Shown one piece after another: positions 51,470 through 64,000 of a DNA stretch of 64,000 nucleotides. Both the position numbers and the translations under genes were made by a program. A model generated the notes under the pieces. That model did not search any database and had not been told where the DNA came from. It saw nothing but the letters and a program-made list of their open reading frames with translations. Source of the stretch: Octopus sinensis (taxonomy: Eukaryota); NCBI RefSeq assembly GCF_006345805.1, contig NC_043007.1:72416001-72480000 (forward strand), in the 5' to 3' direction. How positions within the stretch are numbered: the stretch's first letter is position 1; each line of letters opens with the position of its first letter.

Positions 51470-54400
51470 TTCAAATTTTGGCACCAGGCCAGAAATTATT
51501 TCGGTAGAGGAGTAAGGTGATTACAACCTCAGTGTTCAACTGGCACTTATTTTATCGAAAAGGATGAAAAACAAAGTCGACCGCGATAGAAATTGAATTT
51601 TAAAAGTAAAGATGGACGAAATGCCACTAAGCATATAGACTGGCATGCTAGCGATTCTGCCAGCTCGCCGCCTTACGTAATATAAATATTACATATCAAA
51701 TGATAGGTAATACAAAGCTGGTCGCTGGTAATTGTATCTGTCCGTAAATCTTATTTTCAGGAAGGTGATAGCGTACATCGTTTTCAGTCAATGACCCGAC
51801 ATCTTTTCCATTCGACCAGCTGTGGTCTTATACAACGTATTTCTTCAATAAAAACCTTATAATTTCTAAACACTAGAACACTTCGGCTTTCTTTGATCTA
51901 GCTGTTTATTTTAATTTATCTCACACAGTGTCAACAAATGCTTCTTATATATGATATTAACTTACCTATGTAAGGTGGTCACCTAGCGGAATCGTTGGTA
52001 TCCCGGAGAAAATGTTTAGCAGCGTATCTTTATGTTCTGAGTTCAAAATTCCGCCGATGTCCACTTTTCTTTTTATCCTCTCGGTATCGATGAAATAAGT
52101 ACCAGTTGAGCACTGAAGTATAGTCGACTTACCCTTCGCCTGAACTTGCTGGTCTTGTGTCAAAATCTGAAACCAATATTAACTTTTCTATATAATTTAC
52201 CATTTTCTTAATTTTTTCTTTCTCTTGATAGTATATTTCGTTGCTGCTAGTATGTATGTAACATAAAGACCCAGCGTTTCACAAAAGAATACCATTTTCA
52301 TCAAAAGTTTAAGTAATTCATCTACTTGCTTCCAACACTTCTCTGATCTCTAACAAAGTTCCAAATCAGAAATAGTTTTACTGTGAACTTGGAAGATAAA
52401 CCAGTTTTAGTCCCAGAAAGCAACGCCCTCCCCTAACAAATAAACAACAACTTAACTAGAGGCTAATCCAAATAAATCCGTCCTAAAATCTTCGACAGCA
52501 GATCTCCTGTCTGGCTTTTTTCCCCTTCTTTTTATATTAAAAGAACGGCAAAGCAAATAAACATAATGATTTCTATAAAACAAACCCAAAAATATACTCT
52601 AAAAGAGACCACTGCTCCAAAAGAAAAATCAAATAGCGATTAGTCACGTTCGTATGTAGTAAACTAGCGCTATGTCTCTGGTGACGTGGCTGGCTGTTCG
52701 CTCGAGTTGTTGTATATCCCCACCAGCACACACAATCATTTTCTGTTCAGTCAAAGTTTTCAAACTGGCAGAGAAGGACTGGATTTTCTGGCTGTCCAGA
52801 GATTTCCCATGTTTGGTTGCAATAAAGATGTTCATTATTTAGGTTTATATTTTACTGTCAACACCACAGTGTCTTTATAATGATGCCAATACCACAATGT
52901 CTATATGTCAGTGTTGATAATCACAGTGGCAATGTGTTAGAGTCAATATAGCAGTGTTAATGTGTTAGTACTTATAGCATAGTGTTAGTATCACCAATAG
53001 TAGTTTGTTTATATGCTACCTCCAACATTACCATATCTGTATACAGAACAATATCTATATGTTGCTGCCAATATTACAATGGCTAAGGCAGCGAGCTGGC
53101 AGAATCGTTAGCACGCCGGGCAAAATACTTAGTGGAATTTTGTCCGTCTTCACATTCTGAGTTCAAATTCCGCCGAGGTCGACTTTGCCTTTCATCCTTG
53201 CAGGATCTATAAAATGAGTACCAGTTGGACACTGGGAACAATGTAATCAACTCGAAACCAATATTACAATGGCTAAGGCAGCGAGTTGGCAGAATCGTTG
53301 ATAGGTCGGACAAAATACTTAGCGACATTTCATCCATCTTTTCGTTCAGAGCTCAAACTCTGTCGAGGTCGACTTTACTTCTCATCTTTTCGGGGTCGAT
53401 AAACGAAATACCAGTTGAGCACTGGGATTGATGTAATCGATTATCCCCATTCCTCCAAATTTCAAACCTTGTACCTATATATTAGTGTTAATAGCATTAT
53501 GTCTATATTAGTGCCAATGCCCAAAGTGTTTTTGTATTAGTCACAATATCAAAGTGACTTTACATTAGAACTAATAACACAGTACTATATCGATATGTTT
53601 GTGCCAATATCACAGTATTAATAATGCCGCCAGTTTTGGAAGAGGGGCTAAGTCAGTTAAATCGACCCCAATGCTCAACTGGTACAAAGTCAACCTCGGC
53701 GGAATTTGAACTCAGAACGTAGAGGCGGACGAAATATCGCTAAGCACCTTGCTCGGCGTGCTAACGATTCTGCCAGCTCGCCGTCTTTACAGTATTAATA
53801 TCACGCGATCACGTGACCGACCAGACTATCAGATGTTGCTACACATCGCTGGTATCCCGGAGAAAATGTTTAGCAGCGTATCTTTATGTTCTGAGTTCAA
53901 AATTCCGCCGATGTCCACTTTTCTTTTTATCCTCTCGGTATCGATGAAATAAGTACCAGTTGAGCACTGAAGTATAGTCGACTTACCCTTCGCCTGAACT
54001 TGCTGGTCTTGTGTCAAAATCTGAAACCAATATTAACTTTTCTATATAATTTACCATTTTCTTAATTTTTTCTTTCTCTTGATAGTATATTTCGAGTCCG
54101 ATGCCCTAACCACTAGGCCATTGCGCCTCCGCAGTATTAATATATTAGTGTGAATAACACAATATCGATATGCTGTTGCCAGTCCGTTAATATGATGAAA
54201 AAGTATCTATGCATTAGTGCTTATCTCGTCACTGCCTGTATACTGTTGCCCTTATCATAGTTTTCATATCATAGTACTAATAACAGAATGTCTATATCTT
54301 AGTTAAACTATTATTGGATCTGTATGCTGTTGCAATTGTAGAGGGCGCGTGGCTTAGTGGTTAGGGCATTCGGCTCATGATCGTAAGGTTGTGAGTTCGA

Positions 54401-54957
54401 TTCCCGGCGACGCGTTGTGTCCTTGAGCAAGACACTTTATTTCACGCTGCTCCAGTTCACTCAGCTGGCAAAAATGAGTTGTACTTGTATTTCAAAGGGT
54501 CAGCCTTGTCACTCTCTGTGTCACGCTGATTATCCCCGAGAACTACGTTAAGGGTACACGTGTCTGTGGAATGCTCAGCCATTTGCACGTTAATTTCACG
54601 AGCAAGCTGTTCCGTTGATCGTATCAGCTGGGACCCTCGTCGTCGTAACCAGCGGAGTCTTTTAACATGCTGTTGCAATTATCACAGTGTTAGTATGTTG
54701 GTATCAAAACCATTAGCACGCCAAAGGCGGCGAGCTGGCAGAACCGTTAGCACGCCGGGTGAAATGCGTAGCCGTATTTCGTCTGCCGTTACATTCTGAG
54801 TTCAAATTCCGCCGAGGTCGACTTTGCCTTTCATCCTTTCGGGGTCGATAAATTAAGTACCAGTTGCGTACTGGGGTCGATGTAATCGACTCAATCCGTT
54901 TGTCTGTCCTTGTTTGTCCGCTCTATGTTTAGCCCCTCGTGGGTAGTAAACAAAAAG
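51470..54957. mobile_element. SINE cluster: A2 (51470-51675 -, 51996-52170 +, 53085-53480 + x2, 53630-53787 -), C-type (53802-54130 -), C2 (54341-54662 +), A (54726-54957 +)
   Basis: Sequence similarity to the other copies in this window; embedded in a degenerate minisatellite. Confidence 0.75.
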
Positions 54958-55383
54958 GTATCAAAATCCCTGCATATCTATGCAAGAGCTAATATCTAAT
55001 TCTCCATACGTTCATGTTTCTATCCTAGTGTCCTTTTGTTAGCACTAACACTACACAGTCTTTCTACGATTGCCTGACTCAGAATATATGCTCATTACCA
55101 CACTGTGTTAATGCCTATCATTATGTGTGTTATTTTATTAATTGTGTTAGTGCTAAAACGCTTGTACCTCTAAGTTGGCGGTAATATCATATTGTCTATT
55201 TGTTAGTGCCTAACATTACAGTGGCTGTATGCTAGCACCTATATCACAGTGTCTATATGACAGTGTGCACATGCTACTGACTACCTCATAGTTTCATCGT
55301 ATTGTTGTCAACTGGAAGTATTGCACAAAAAATTGAAAAAAATAATAAAACGCCAATGATTGGTCAGTCGCTAAGGAGTGTTT

Positions 55384-56027
55384 TGAATATTTTCCTTTTG
55401 AACGGCAGATGTCAACACAATTTCTAGTTAACTAAACACTTTTAAACTTCGTATACTGGTAGAATGTGTTTATAAAACATCATTTTCTCTTGGTTTTATT
55501 GAGAAAATTCTATAGTTTGTAAGATATTTCGTCTGAAAATCCGAGCATTTCGGCAATTTTAACCAATCGATTACCTCCATTCAACAAAAATCATTTGCTG
55601 CGTCTAAAACTGAGACAACATCCTGTAACTAACCCTTAACCTCCCCCCTAACCCTAACCTAACCCTAAATTTTTTTTTCTTAATTGTTAAATTAATTTAA
55701 TTCCATTGCTTTAGTTTTTTTTACACGCGTAACAATTAAATTAATTTAACAATTAAGAAAAAAATTTAGGGTTAGGTTTAGGGGGGATGTTTAGGGTTAG
55801 TTACAGGATGTTATCTCAGTTTTAGACGCAGCAAATGATTTTAGCTCAAAAGAGAGCATAGGATTGGTTAAAATTCGAAAAATTAAACTACGTTAAACAA
55901 ACAAATTACAATTTTCTTAAGAAAGCCAAGAGAAAAAATGTTTTATTTTGACACATTCTACCAGTATACGAAGTTTTAAAGTGTTTAGTTAACTAGAAAT
56001 TGTCTGCCGTTCAAAAGGAAAAGATCC
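55384..56027. mobile_element. Foldback telomere-repeat MITE, copy 3
   Basis: Degenerate left end; flanks gagtgttt / gagtgttg (7/8 TSD match). Confidence 0.88.
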
Positions 56028-56534
56028 GAGTGTTGCTCTTCTACGCTAACACTCTGTAACAAAATTTTTATTTATTTATTTATTTATTGCGTTGGTCAGT
56101 AAGTGTTATTTCCTATTTGCTTCAATCTAGAGATCAAAGGAAATGACTACTGTTCTCTTCAAACTTTTGCCTTTGGAACCTGGACATCAATGTTTTAAAA
56201 CTGGCCTCTTTTCCATTACATTTCAGACAGGTTCGGCGTTGAATTGCTGAAGCAGAAATATCATTATAGCAAATATTCTGCTCAGTGCCACATGTTTCTT
56301 TGTCAGTTGCTTGACCTCATGCACTTGAGCTTGTCCCTTAGTGGCTGACAATATGTGCATCTCTGATCTTGAGCAGGAGTTGTTGGGGGAGCACCATATC
56401 CATGTACTGAGAGGGATTTTTTAGGGCTTGAATAAATGTAAGAAAAGCAAAGTTTGATGGAAATATTAGCCATTTTTCATACTTTCTAGGGGTAAGCATA
56501 TACGAAATTACAGCTGCAACCCAAGGCCAAAGGC

Positions 56535-56990
56535 GCGTGACTAAGTGGTTAGGGTGTTTGGTACTTGATCGTAAGGTTTATATTCAGCGGCCATAGTATC
56601 CTTGAGCAAGACACTTTATTTCATGTTGCTCCAGTTCATTCATCTGGCAAAAATTAGTTGGACTTGTATTTCAAAGAGCCAGCTTTATCTCATTCTGTCT
56701 CACGCTGAATATCCCTGAGAGCTACATTAAGAGTATGCGTGTCTGTAGACAGCCTTGCTACCTTCACAAGCAGGCTGTTCCGTTGATCGGATGAACTGAA
56801 ATCATCTGGCAAAAATTAGTTGGACTTGTATTTCAAAGAGCCAGCTTTATCTCATTCTGTCTCACGCTGAATATCCCTGAGAGCTACATTAAGAGTATGC
56901 GTGTCTGTAGACAGCCTTGCTACCTTTACAAGCAGGCTGTTCCGTTGATCGGATGAACTGAAATCCTCGTTGTCGTAACTGATAGCGTGT
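56535..56990 (+). mobile_element. SINE C2 with 163-bp internal tandem duplication
   Basis: Units 56640-56802 and 56803-56965, one mismatch seen. Confidence 0.8.
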
Positions 56991-57599
56991 CAGTCTATTT
57001 GCTATTGACGATATCACATTGTTTATATACTAGTGACGATATCACATTGTCCATCCGTTAGTGTTACCAATATCATAGTATTGATGCATTAAATAAAACA
57101 ACATCACGGTGTCAGGCAACTGGTAAGTTTTTCTGAAACTATATGATCTAGTACAAACTATAACGTGGTCGGGCTGTCTGTAACTAAAGCATCTCTCACA
57201 CCATGTTGGTCTTGTGAGGAGAGTTACTAGAAACCTAGCATGACACAAGCTAAACTTTTTATAAGAACGGATGAACCGAGAACAGTCATCGAAGTCATAA
57301 AATTACTGAGTTAGTGGTTGAACACACAGTGATACCATTGGAAGTAAAGAGCTACTAGTTGTAGTCAGAATATTTGCTTAGGGAATTGAAAAGTTTAAAT
57401 TTACAGTGTCACCCACTATATTGTAATTAAAACAATGATGTACGATATTCATAGACAGACCCCCATGTAAGAAGCAAATAATCTCCCGGCCCCTGGGCTG
57501 TTGATGAAAATAGAAGGCGAAGGGAAATAACTCTGACTTAAATCAGAGTGGTGCCCCGCAGACGGGGTTCAGTTCAACCCTTTCTGAGTCTGGCAATTA

Positions 57600-59498
57600 T
57601 TGTATCCAGACAATTGCCTTTCAAAATATTACGAAATGTTACGAAAATGCGCCAGAACAACGTCATTAACTTAAGAAGCTGCACGATCTGTAGCTACTTT
57701 TTTCATGATGTTATTTATCTACAAATTCAGAAACATACTGCCGTTTTGCCAACACTACCTTTATGTCACTCATAGAGATAACCTTCTCAGCTGCATTGTC
57801 CTTCTCCGGGGAACCAATCTCTTCCACTGCATCCAAATGTTACTGCTCTTGAATCTGCAAGAGTTCATCTGTCGTCAGCTCCTCTGGGTGTTCCTAAACG
57901 AGATCGTTAATGTCCCCATCATCAACCTCGAGGCCCGTGGCCTGGCCAAGAGACACTATCTCCTCGACGAAGGCATCTCAGATTCAAATACCTCGAAGTC
58001 TCTTTTGGAAACGCAGTTAAGCCACAGTTTCCTCCATGAAGAATTCAGCGTTCTCCTTGTAACACCCTGCCTGATTTTCAGGCAGTTTACAATGTTGTAA
58101 TGCTCCTTCTAAAACTCACGAAGGGTTAGATTTTTATTTTCGGTAACTTCAAACCACCGACGAAACAGGTGTTTGATGTACAATTTCTTAAAATTAGAAA
58201 TCACCAATGGTTTTTGCGTGAAAGGTACAAAACTTTCATAAATTTAAATTCGTCCTGGATATCATCTTGAGATTAGGAGGGTGAGCGGAAGCATTGTCGA
58301 GGATGAGGAGGGCCTTGAGAGGAAGATCGTTCTCCAGAAGGTACTTTTTCACTGCTGGTCCGAAGACAAGGTTGACCCACTCGGAGAAGAATTGCCTGGT
58401 GACCCAGGCTTTAACGTTTGCCCTTCACACGACCTGCAGCTTATCCTTCAGGATACTGTATTACTTGAACGTTCGTGGGTTTTCGGAATGGTAGACTAGG
58501 AGCAGCTTGATCTTCAAGTTTCTACATGCATTGGCACAAAAGGCGAGAGCTAGTTTATCTTTCATAAGCTTATGTCCTGGCATTTTCTTCTCCCCTGCAG
58601 GTTCTTCTGGGCATTTTTTCCCCCTCAAAAAAGGCCAGTTTCGTCACAATTGAATATCTGTTGTGCGATGTACTCCTCATCTGTGATGAGCTGACGGAAT
58701 TCAAGCAAGAAATCTTCAGCTGCCTTCGTGTCAGAACACGCTGCTTCTCCATACCTGACGACGCTATGAACACCAGTCCTCTTCTTGAAATTATCAAACC
58801 AGCCGCGACTGGCCTTAAATGTGTCTGCTGATGTCTCCTCCATAAATGTTCCAGGCTTCTGCTTCAGGAGATCCCCATACAGCGCTCGAGCTTTCTCGTA
58901 GATTAGGTTCTCCGTAATCATATCCCCTACGAGTTGCTTAAGGAGAAGCAATTTTTCCATCCTTTCGTGGACAGATGGACGTTGCTTAGAAAGCCTGGAG
59001 ACACCCTTTGCTGTTGTAGCGACCTTGATCTCGTCATTTTTCTTCAGGATGGTGCAGATCGTCGACGTGCTTCGGTCGAGTTGACGTGCTATATCTACTA
59101 CAAGCATTTCTCTCTCGTGTTTGTCTATGATTTCGTTCTTCAATTCTATCGTAGTTAACTTTTCTTCTTTTCAGCACTGTCCTTTGCACCAACCTTCTTA
59201 GGACCCGTGGCTAGCACAACTAATTATCATAAAATAATAGCAACAAATGCACAAAAGTAGATAAAAACACGGAGAAAAACACAACAGTGATGCTGTCACA
59301 ACGAGATGAACTCATGAACTGAGCGAGCGGAGACTGCGCTTGATGGGAGAAGGTGAGCGAGCTCAGTGCCGACTAGCGGCCGCATGTATGAAACTTGCTC
59401 GTACTGCGGATTTTCACTCGTACTAAAACTCGCACGAGCCTCCGCTCGTACAGCAAATTAATCGTACAATGAGGCTCTCGTTTTGTGAGGTTCTACTG
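57600..59498 (-). mobile_element. Tigger/pogo transposon relic (CENP-B-like HTH + DDE_1 transposase)
   Basis: TIR ta|cagtagaacctc at 59498. KNEIIDKHER...STICTILK, FKASRGWFDNFKKRTG, QQIFNCDETGLF, LLILDNASAHPP, TLNSSWRKLW. Second TIR not found. Confidence 0.9.
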
Positions 59499-59632
59499 TA
59501 TATTTCTTTACTCGAATGTCTTTTCTGTGTTTCAATATTTTATATAACGTCAAATTATTCGAAGGTTATGCAAAAGAAGGGCAGTAACTCTTACTTCTAA
59601 AAGAATTCAGCGGGAATACTTTAGTAAAAGTG

Positions 59633-59885
59633 GAGACGCGTGGCTTAGTGGTTAGGGTGTCAGCATCATGATAGTAAGATTATGATTTCGATTCCTGGAC
59701 CGGGCGACGCGTTGTGTTCTTGAGCAAAACACTTCATTTCACGTTGCTCCAGTCCACTCAGCTGGCAAATATGAGTAAGGCTGCAATAGACTGGTGTCCC
59801 GTCCAGGTGGGGAACACATACGCCATTGAAACCAGGAAACTGGGCCCATGAGCCTGGCTAGGCTTTAAAAGGGCGCATTTATTTA
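59633..59885 (+). mobile_element. tRNA-derived SINE (C2-type head, different core and tail)
   Basis: ggagacgcgtggcttagtggttaggg...tttcgattcc; core gactggtgtcccgtccagg; (attt)n tail. Confidence 0.75.
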
Positions 59886-60697
59886 TTTATTACTTTAGTA
59901 AAAAGATTTGTAATGATAAAATGAAAAGTAATATCTTACTAGAAACACATTATTTATAAAATAACCTGTTTGTAATAAGCTAGGATTTATATCTATATAT
60001 AAAAAAAGGAGTGAAAAATAAAAATAAATTCATACACAGATGGGTAACGAGTAGTAAAATTGTATTTATTTACTCTATAGAAATAAGTCAAACAATAAAA
60101 AAGATTCTAGAAAAAGAATCATTAACTTTCTCAAAAACCGTATTCATTTATTTTAATTCATAACATTTTAAAATTCAAAGAAAGTATCAAGTTTACTTAC
60201 GAGATATCTATAATTGTCGAAAACTGGCTACTCCGTTAAAAAGAATGTTTGCAACTATAGATAGATTCAAAAAAGTCCTTTGTATCATAAAAAAGTAAAG
60301 TCCTTGTGTTATAGAATTGATTCCTTTAAGATATCATGAGATACCCGACATAAAAAAAATTATGCAAGGGAAATTACTTTTGCGTTTTCTACAGTTGTCT
60401 CCCTTGCAAGTCCTTCACTCAAATTTCGCTTTCTATTAACGTAAAGAGAAATGGTTTTTATTCCAGTAAATCAATTGGCTGTAGTTTTGTTGTAGTAAAG
60501 CGTCGAAGGGGCAGAATCATTAACACGCTGGTTCAGCAAAAGAAAATGATGGAATAAGTCCTGGGTTTTAAAAAATAAGTACCGGGATCAAGTACCGGGA
60601 ATGAAACAAGCAAAAAGGTAAATGTTACCCATTAACTGAATAGCTTCACATTTTTACAAAATGTCGACCCAATTAATCTAATCAGGTTAAACAAAGG

Positions 60698-61308
60698 GAT
60701 CTTTTCCTTTTGAACGGCAGACAATTTCTAGTTAACTAAACACTTTAAAACTTCGTATACTGGTAGAATGTGTCAAAATAAAACATTTTTTTCTCTTGGC
60801 TTTCTTGAGAAAATTGTAATTTGTTTAACGTAGTTTAATTTTTCGAATTTTAACCAATCCTATGCTCTCTTTTGAGCTAAAATCATTTGCTGCGTCTAAA
60901 ACTGAGACAACATCCTGTAACTAACCCTAAACCTCCCCCCTAACCCTAACCCTAATTTTTTTTTTCTTAATTGTTAAATTAATTTAATTGTTACGCGTGT
61001 AAAAAAAACTAAAGCAATGGAATTAAATTAATTTAACAATTAAGAAAAAAAAATTTAGGGTTAGTTACAGGATGTTGTCTCAGTTTTAGACGCAGCAAAT
61101 GATTTTAGTTGAATGGAGGTAATCGATTGGTTAAAATTGCCGAAATGCTCGGATTTTCAGACGAAATATCTTACAAACTATAGAATTTTCTCAATAAAGC
61201 CAAGAAAAAATGATGTTTTATAAACACATTCTACCAGTATACAAAGTTTAAAAGTGTTTAGTTAACTAGAAATTGTATTGACATCTGCCGTTCAAAAGGA
61301 AAAGATTC
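60698..61308. mobile_element. Foldback telomere-repeat MITE, copy 4
   Basis: 8-bp TSD aaacaaag (60690-60697, 61309-61316). Confidence 0.92.
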
Positions 61309-61978
61309 AAACAAAGTTCTTTTAATAACACTCAGTTTAGTATAGAGTTTATTAAATCAACCTTCTTATATTACAAATACTTATTTTTAAACTAAGAGAC
61401 TCAAAACTTAGAATGCTCACAGACTGAATAAAATAATGTTAGACATTTGGTTTTCTCTGGTGTTAGGAACTAATCCTCAGTTGAATAGATCTCTAATGGT
61501 CACTCTGTCAGTTACGATGATAAGGGTTTCAGTTGATTCATTCAACAGAATGGCCTGCTTGTGAAACTGACATTGGTCATACTGTCCAAATTATCTGAAT
61601 GTGTACGAAGATGGCTCGTTACTTTTTTTTTTCCTAATGTTTCTCATAATTTTAAATTTAAGAAAAAATTCCACAGATGTAGGGGTACAGTGTGTCAAGA
61701 ATTTTAAGCTAAAATATTTTCAAATGACTATGTTTGGTGAGTGGGGTGTAAGGAAAAAAGATAAACGTAACCATCATGTATCATAACAGTTAAGACCAAC
61801 TTTTTCCAACACTAAAAATATAATGCATGTGAATGTGTAAAGACACACGGAATAATGTAGTACTAAAACCTACAAAGATGATGGTCACACCTGGAATGTG
61901 CTTAATCGATAGGTGTGCTGAGAGATTGCTCTGACGGGTTAATGTTGATCTGGGTTGAACGTAAACAGTACCCATATT

Positions 61979-62780
61979 GGATCTTTTCGGTTTGAACGGC
62001 AGTTTTTTCTAGCGGTGTCATATGAAATTGTCACCCATAATTATGACTCTAGTATCGATCTATTGCATTTCAATCTGTTTTAGGATTAGGGTTAGGGTTA
62101 GGGGTGGGGGGAAGGGTATCTTTTTTTCTTCACAAATGTAAATAAACCCAATCTATTTCTTAAAGGAGGGACGTATTCATTATGCACAGAATGTTATTTA
62201 CGTCAATGGAGGTAATTGATTGGTTAAAATTGCCGAAATGCAAGAAATTTCAGACGAAATATCTTACAACCTATAGAATTTTCTCAATAAAGCCAAGAGA
62301 AAAAGATGGGATTTTTTCCTTTTGAATGGCACTTTGTAACATAATTTCTAGTTAACTAAAAAGTTTTAAACTTCCTATACTGGTAGATTGTGTATATAAA
62401 ACATCATTTTCTCTTGGCTTTATTGAGAAAATTCTATAGGTTGTAAGATATTTCGTCTGAAATTTCTTGCATTTCGGCAATTTTAACCAATCAATTACCT
62501 CCATTGGCGTAAATAGCATTCTGTGCATAATGAATATGTCCCTCCTTTAAGAAACATTTGTGAAGAAAAAAAGATACCCTTCCCCAACCCCTAACCCTAA
62601 TCCTAACCCTAACTCTAAAATAGATTGAAATGCAATAGATTGAGACTAGGGCCATAATTATGGGTGACATTTTCATTTGACACCGCTAGAAAAAAATCCC
62701 ATTTTCCGTAGTGGTATCGTATGAAATTGTCACCCATAATTATAACCCTAGTATCAATCTATTGCATTTCAATCTATTTT
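61979..62780. mobile_element. Cluster of a sister MITE sharing the TIR and one arm with the foldback family
   Basis: ggatcttttcggtttgaacggcag start. Plus copy 61979-62308, minus copy 62309-62699, fragment 62711-62780. TTAGGG at about 62088-62102 and CCCTAA at about 62588-62615. Confidence 0.75.
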
Positions 62781-62784
62781 CACT

Positions 62785-63850
62785 GAGTTATTTGAATCCT
62801 TCACCATCTTCATTCACAGTGATGTTTGTCATCTCTGCTGTTCCAAAGGCACAAAAAGCACTGATGTTTTGTATACCCCATTTGCAACCCAAGAAGCAAA
62901 CCAACAACTTTCAAGTCCTTGCATATATTCCACTTGTGCTCAGAATATTTAATCAAGTGCAAAATTTTATCCATTGATTCATAATCCTACAGCATGTACT
63001 AGTGGTATTGAAGGCTTTTGATTGCCATTATGCAGTAAAACAGCTTTTATGCTTGCCTTGCTGGAATCTATGAAGAGTCTCCATTTTTCAGGATTATGGC
63101 CATACTCCATCTCCATCTCACATAGGAGTCCTTCAACATCACAAGAAAAACAAATACCATCTTCCTCCATAAAAAATTCATGCAATTCTGTATGCTGTTT
63201 TTGAAAATACAAGCATTTTACACCATTGTGTAAAAGATTCCATTGTTCTGATCTTTCTTTTGTTAAACCCAAGTCTCTATCTAAATCATTTAACTCAAGT
63301 TGACTTAATAAATGAGGAACTTTCTTTGAAGATCCTGGTTCATCACAGTGATCTGCCGTATCACTCAGCATGCCTTCAATTGAAGTAGATGCAGTGCTTT
63401 CTTCACTTAAACTATCTTTGTCAAAAGATGAAGGAATTGGAATATTTTCAGCAGCATGAGCAAGTGGTTTTAAAGCTAAAGGGCAATCTGGATAAACAAT
63501 CTTTCTTAGAGAAACCTGTGATGTTAGTTAAGCAGAAATAACAATCGGTATAGTGGTTTGTTGGTTCATGCATATCATTGGTACTGCAAATGGCATACTT
63601 TTCCGTTTACCATTCAGCCATTGGATTAGTGCTATGCAGCAGTTTTTGCAACAAACATGAGGTGCACACAGTTTATCTTGGTCCCCAACTTTGTACCCAA
63701 AGTAAAGCTTGTAAGCATTTTAAAATTTCTTTGTAAGTTTATTTCTCTGATCTTTTGGCATAAATTTTCCACACATGTAGCAAAAGCTGTTCAGGTGATT
63801 AACACAAACTTTTCTGCTCACCATAAATACATACAGCAATAACCTAAATC
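62785..63850 (-). pseudogene. Chapaev3-type (CMC) transposase relic
   Basis: VGDQDKLCAPHVCCKNC...MPFAVPM...TDCYFC; LNDLDRDLGLTKE; WRLFIDSSKASIKAVLLHNGN; LQMGYTKHQCFLCLWNSR. Family assignment from recalled motifs, not from a search. Confidence 0.7.
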
Positions 63851-64000
63851 AACATTCAAGGAAACCTATCAGTAAGCTAAAATATAAAATTAATCAACTG
63901 TAAATGTTATTGTAAAACATCATAATATATTTCTCAAAAAAAAAAAAATCCATTGAAATTATTTAAAAATAATAATAAATAATGAAATTATTGTATACAG

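Noticed and set aside
54341-54410. tRNA-like sequences with A and B boxes (also at other SINE heads)
   Set aside because: They continue into SINE bodies and lack a complete cloverleaf, so they are not tRNA genes.

Overview
Eukaryotic, AT-rich, microsatellite-dense non-genic DNA. It is very probably from a coleoid cephalopod (Octopus-like), inferred from the tRNA-derived SINE families and repeat landscape. I found no host protein-coding exon, tRNA/rRNA gene or CRISPR array; most long ORFs in the track are translated (TA)n/(CA)n/(TACA)n/(AGAT)n repeats. The window is a layered transposon landscape. It holds a Helitron helicase remnant, two L1/Tx1-type LINEs, RTE, CR1 and R4/Dong-type fragments, a Tigger and a Chapaev3-type transposase relic, and dozens of SINE copies. 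A frameshifted but otherwise complete Penelope-like element (RT + GIY-YIG) sits at 36405-40464. The most interesting signals are: (1) a complete minimal hammerhead ribozyme at 25889-25976 (minus), plus two families of Penelope-type terminal repeats carrying hammerhead-like cores, one with a recurrent non-canonical CUGUNGA core; (2) a SINE family that shares its 3' stem-loop tail with Tx1-type LINEs and repeatedly forms head-body-body arrays at one fixed junction; (3) a foldback DNA transposon family (4 copies, 8-bp TSDs) carrying CCCTAA/TTAGGG telomere repeats; (4) several near-perfect fold-back palindromes and locally templated insertions. Family names A/A2/B/C/E/F1/F2 are my working labels. 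Repeat boundaries are hand-read and approximate except where TSDs or arms are given.
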